A DNA stretch of 24,000 nucleotides from Geobacter sp. UBA6151 (GTDB lineage Bacteria > Desulfobacterota > Desulfuromonadia > Geobacterales > Pseudopelobacteraceae), in contig DIUT01000034.1 of the NCBI GenBank assembly GCA_002423105.1, positions 1 to 24,000 of the forward strand, written 5' to 3'. The first letter of the stretch is position 1. Every line of letters begins with the position of its first letter. This document shows positions 23,935 to 24,000 of the stretch, one piece after another. The notes beneath the pieces were generated by a model. It made no database searches and was not told the DNA's origin. It saw only the letters and a program-made list of their open reading frames with translations. A program made the position numbers and the translations under genes.

Positions 23935-24000
23935 AATATTTCCTCCAATTTCCATGTGCCGGAAGCATGATGTTCGCGGCGCTCAGTCTTTTGCTGCTAT
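23931..24000 (+). CDS. Start of an unidentified exported or membrane protein (truncated by the window end)
   Basis: The ATG overlaps the preceding stop (ATGA). The translation MKYFLQFPCAGSMMFAALSLLLL looks signal-peptide-like. Only 23 codons are visible. Confidence 0.3.
   Translation, partial: MKYFLQFPCAGSMMFAALSLLLL

Overview
This looks like a chromosomal segment from a Geobacter-like (Desulfuromonadales-type) deltaproteobacterium. That call rests on about 58-60% GC by eye, c7-type multihaem cytochrome architecture and gene content; it is not a database hit. I call about 27 protein genes and no rRNA, tRNA or CRISPR. Housekeeping genes are the ileS 3' end with lspA, nth, a TrpH/YciV-type PHP phosphoesterase, coaX and an EF-G paralogue. 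Signalling genes are a small standalone domain protein, an HDOD protein and a cytoplasmic hybrid histidine kinase with REC and Hpt domains. The main functional content is an hgcA-hgcB mercury-methylation pair (3332-4850, minus strand), a known system. Here HgcA carries an unusual N-terminal tail with four Cys-Cys pairs. The pair sits co-oriented downstream of a YgbA-like gene and a 4Fe-4S protein gene. A secreted dodecahaem cytochrome built from four c7-like triheme modules lies at 21941-22966. The feature not explained by genes is a 186-nt imperfect-palindromic, MITE-like repeat. It has three full copies (4933-5118, 9787-9972, 11670-11854) and a miniature remnant (23021-23077). One end of each full copy supplies the stop codon of an adjacent gene, and one covarying position links the two terminal inverted repeats. 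A tightly packed operon (coaX, EF-G paralogue, SPOR protein, acidic helical-repeat protein, MglA-like GTPase with degenerate G1/G4 motifs) is a candidate uncharacterised module. All functional calls rest on motifs read by eye, with no searches run.
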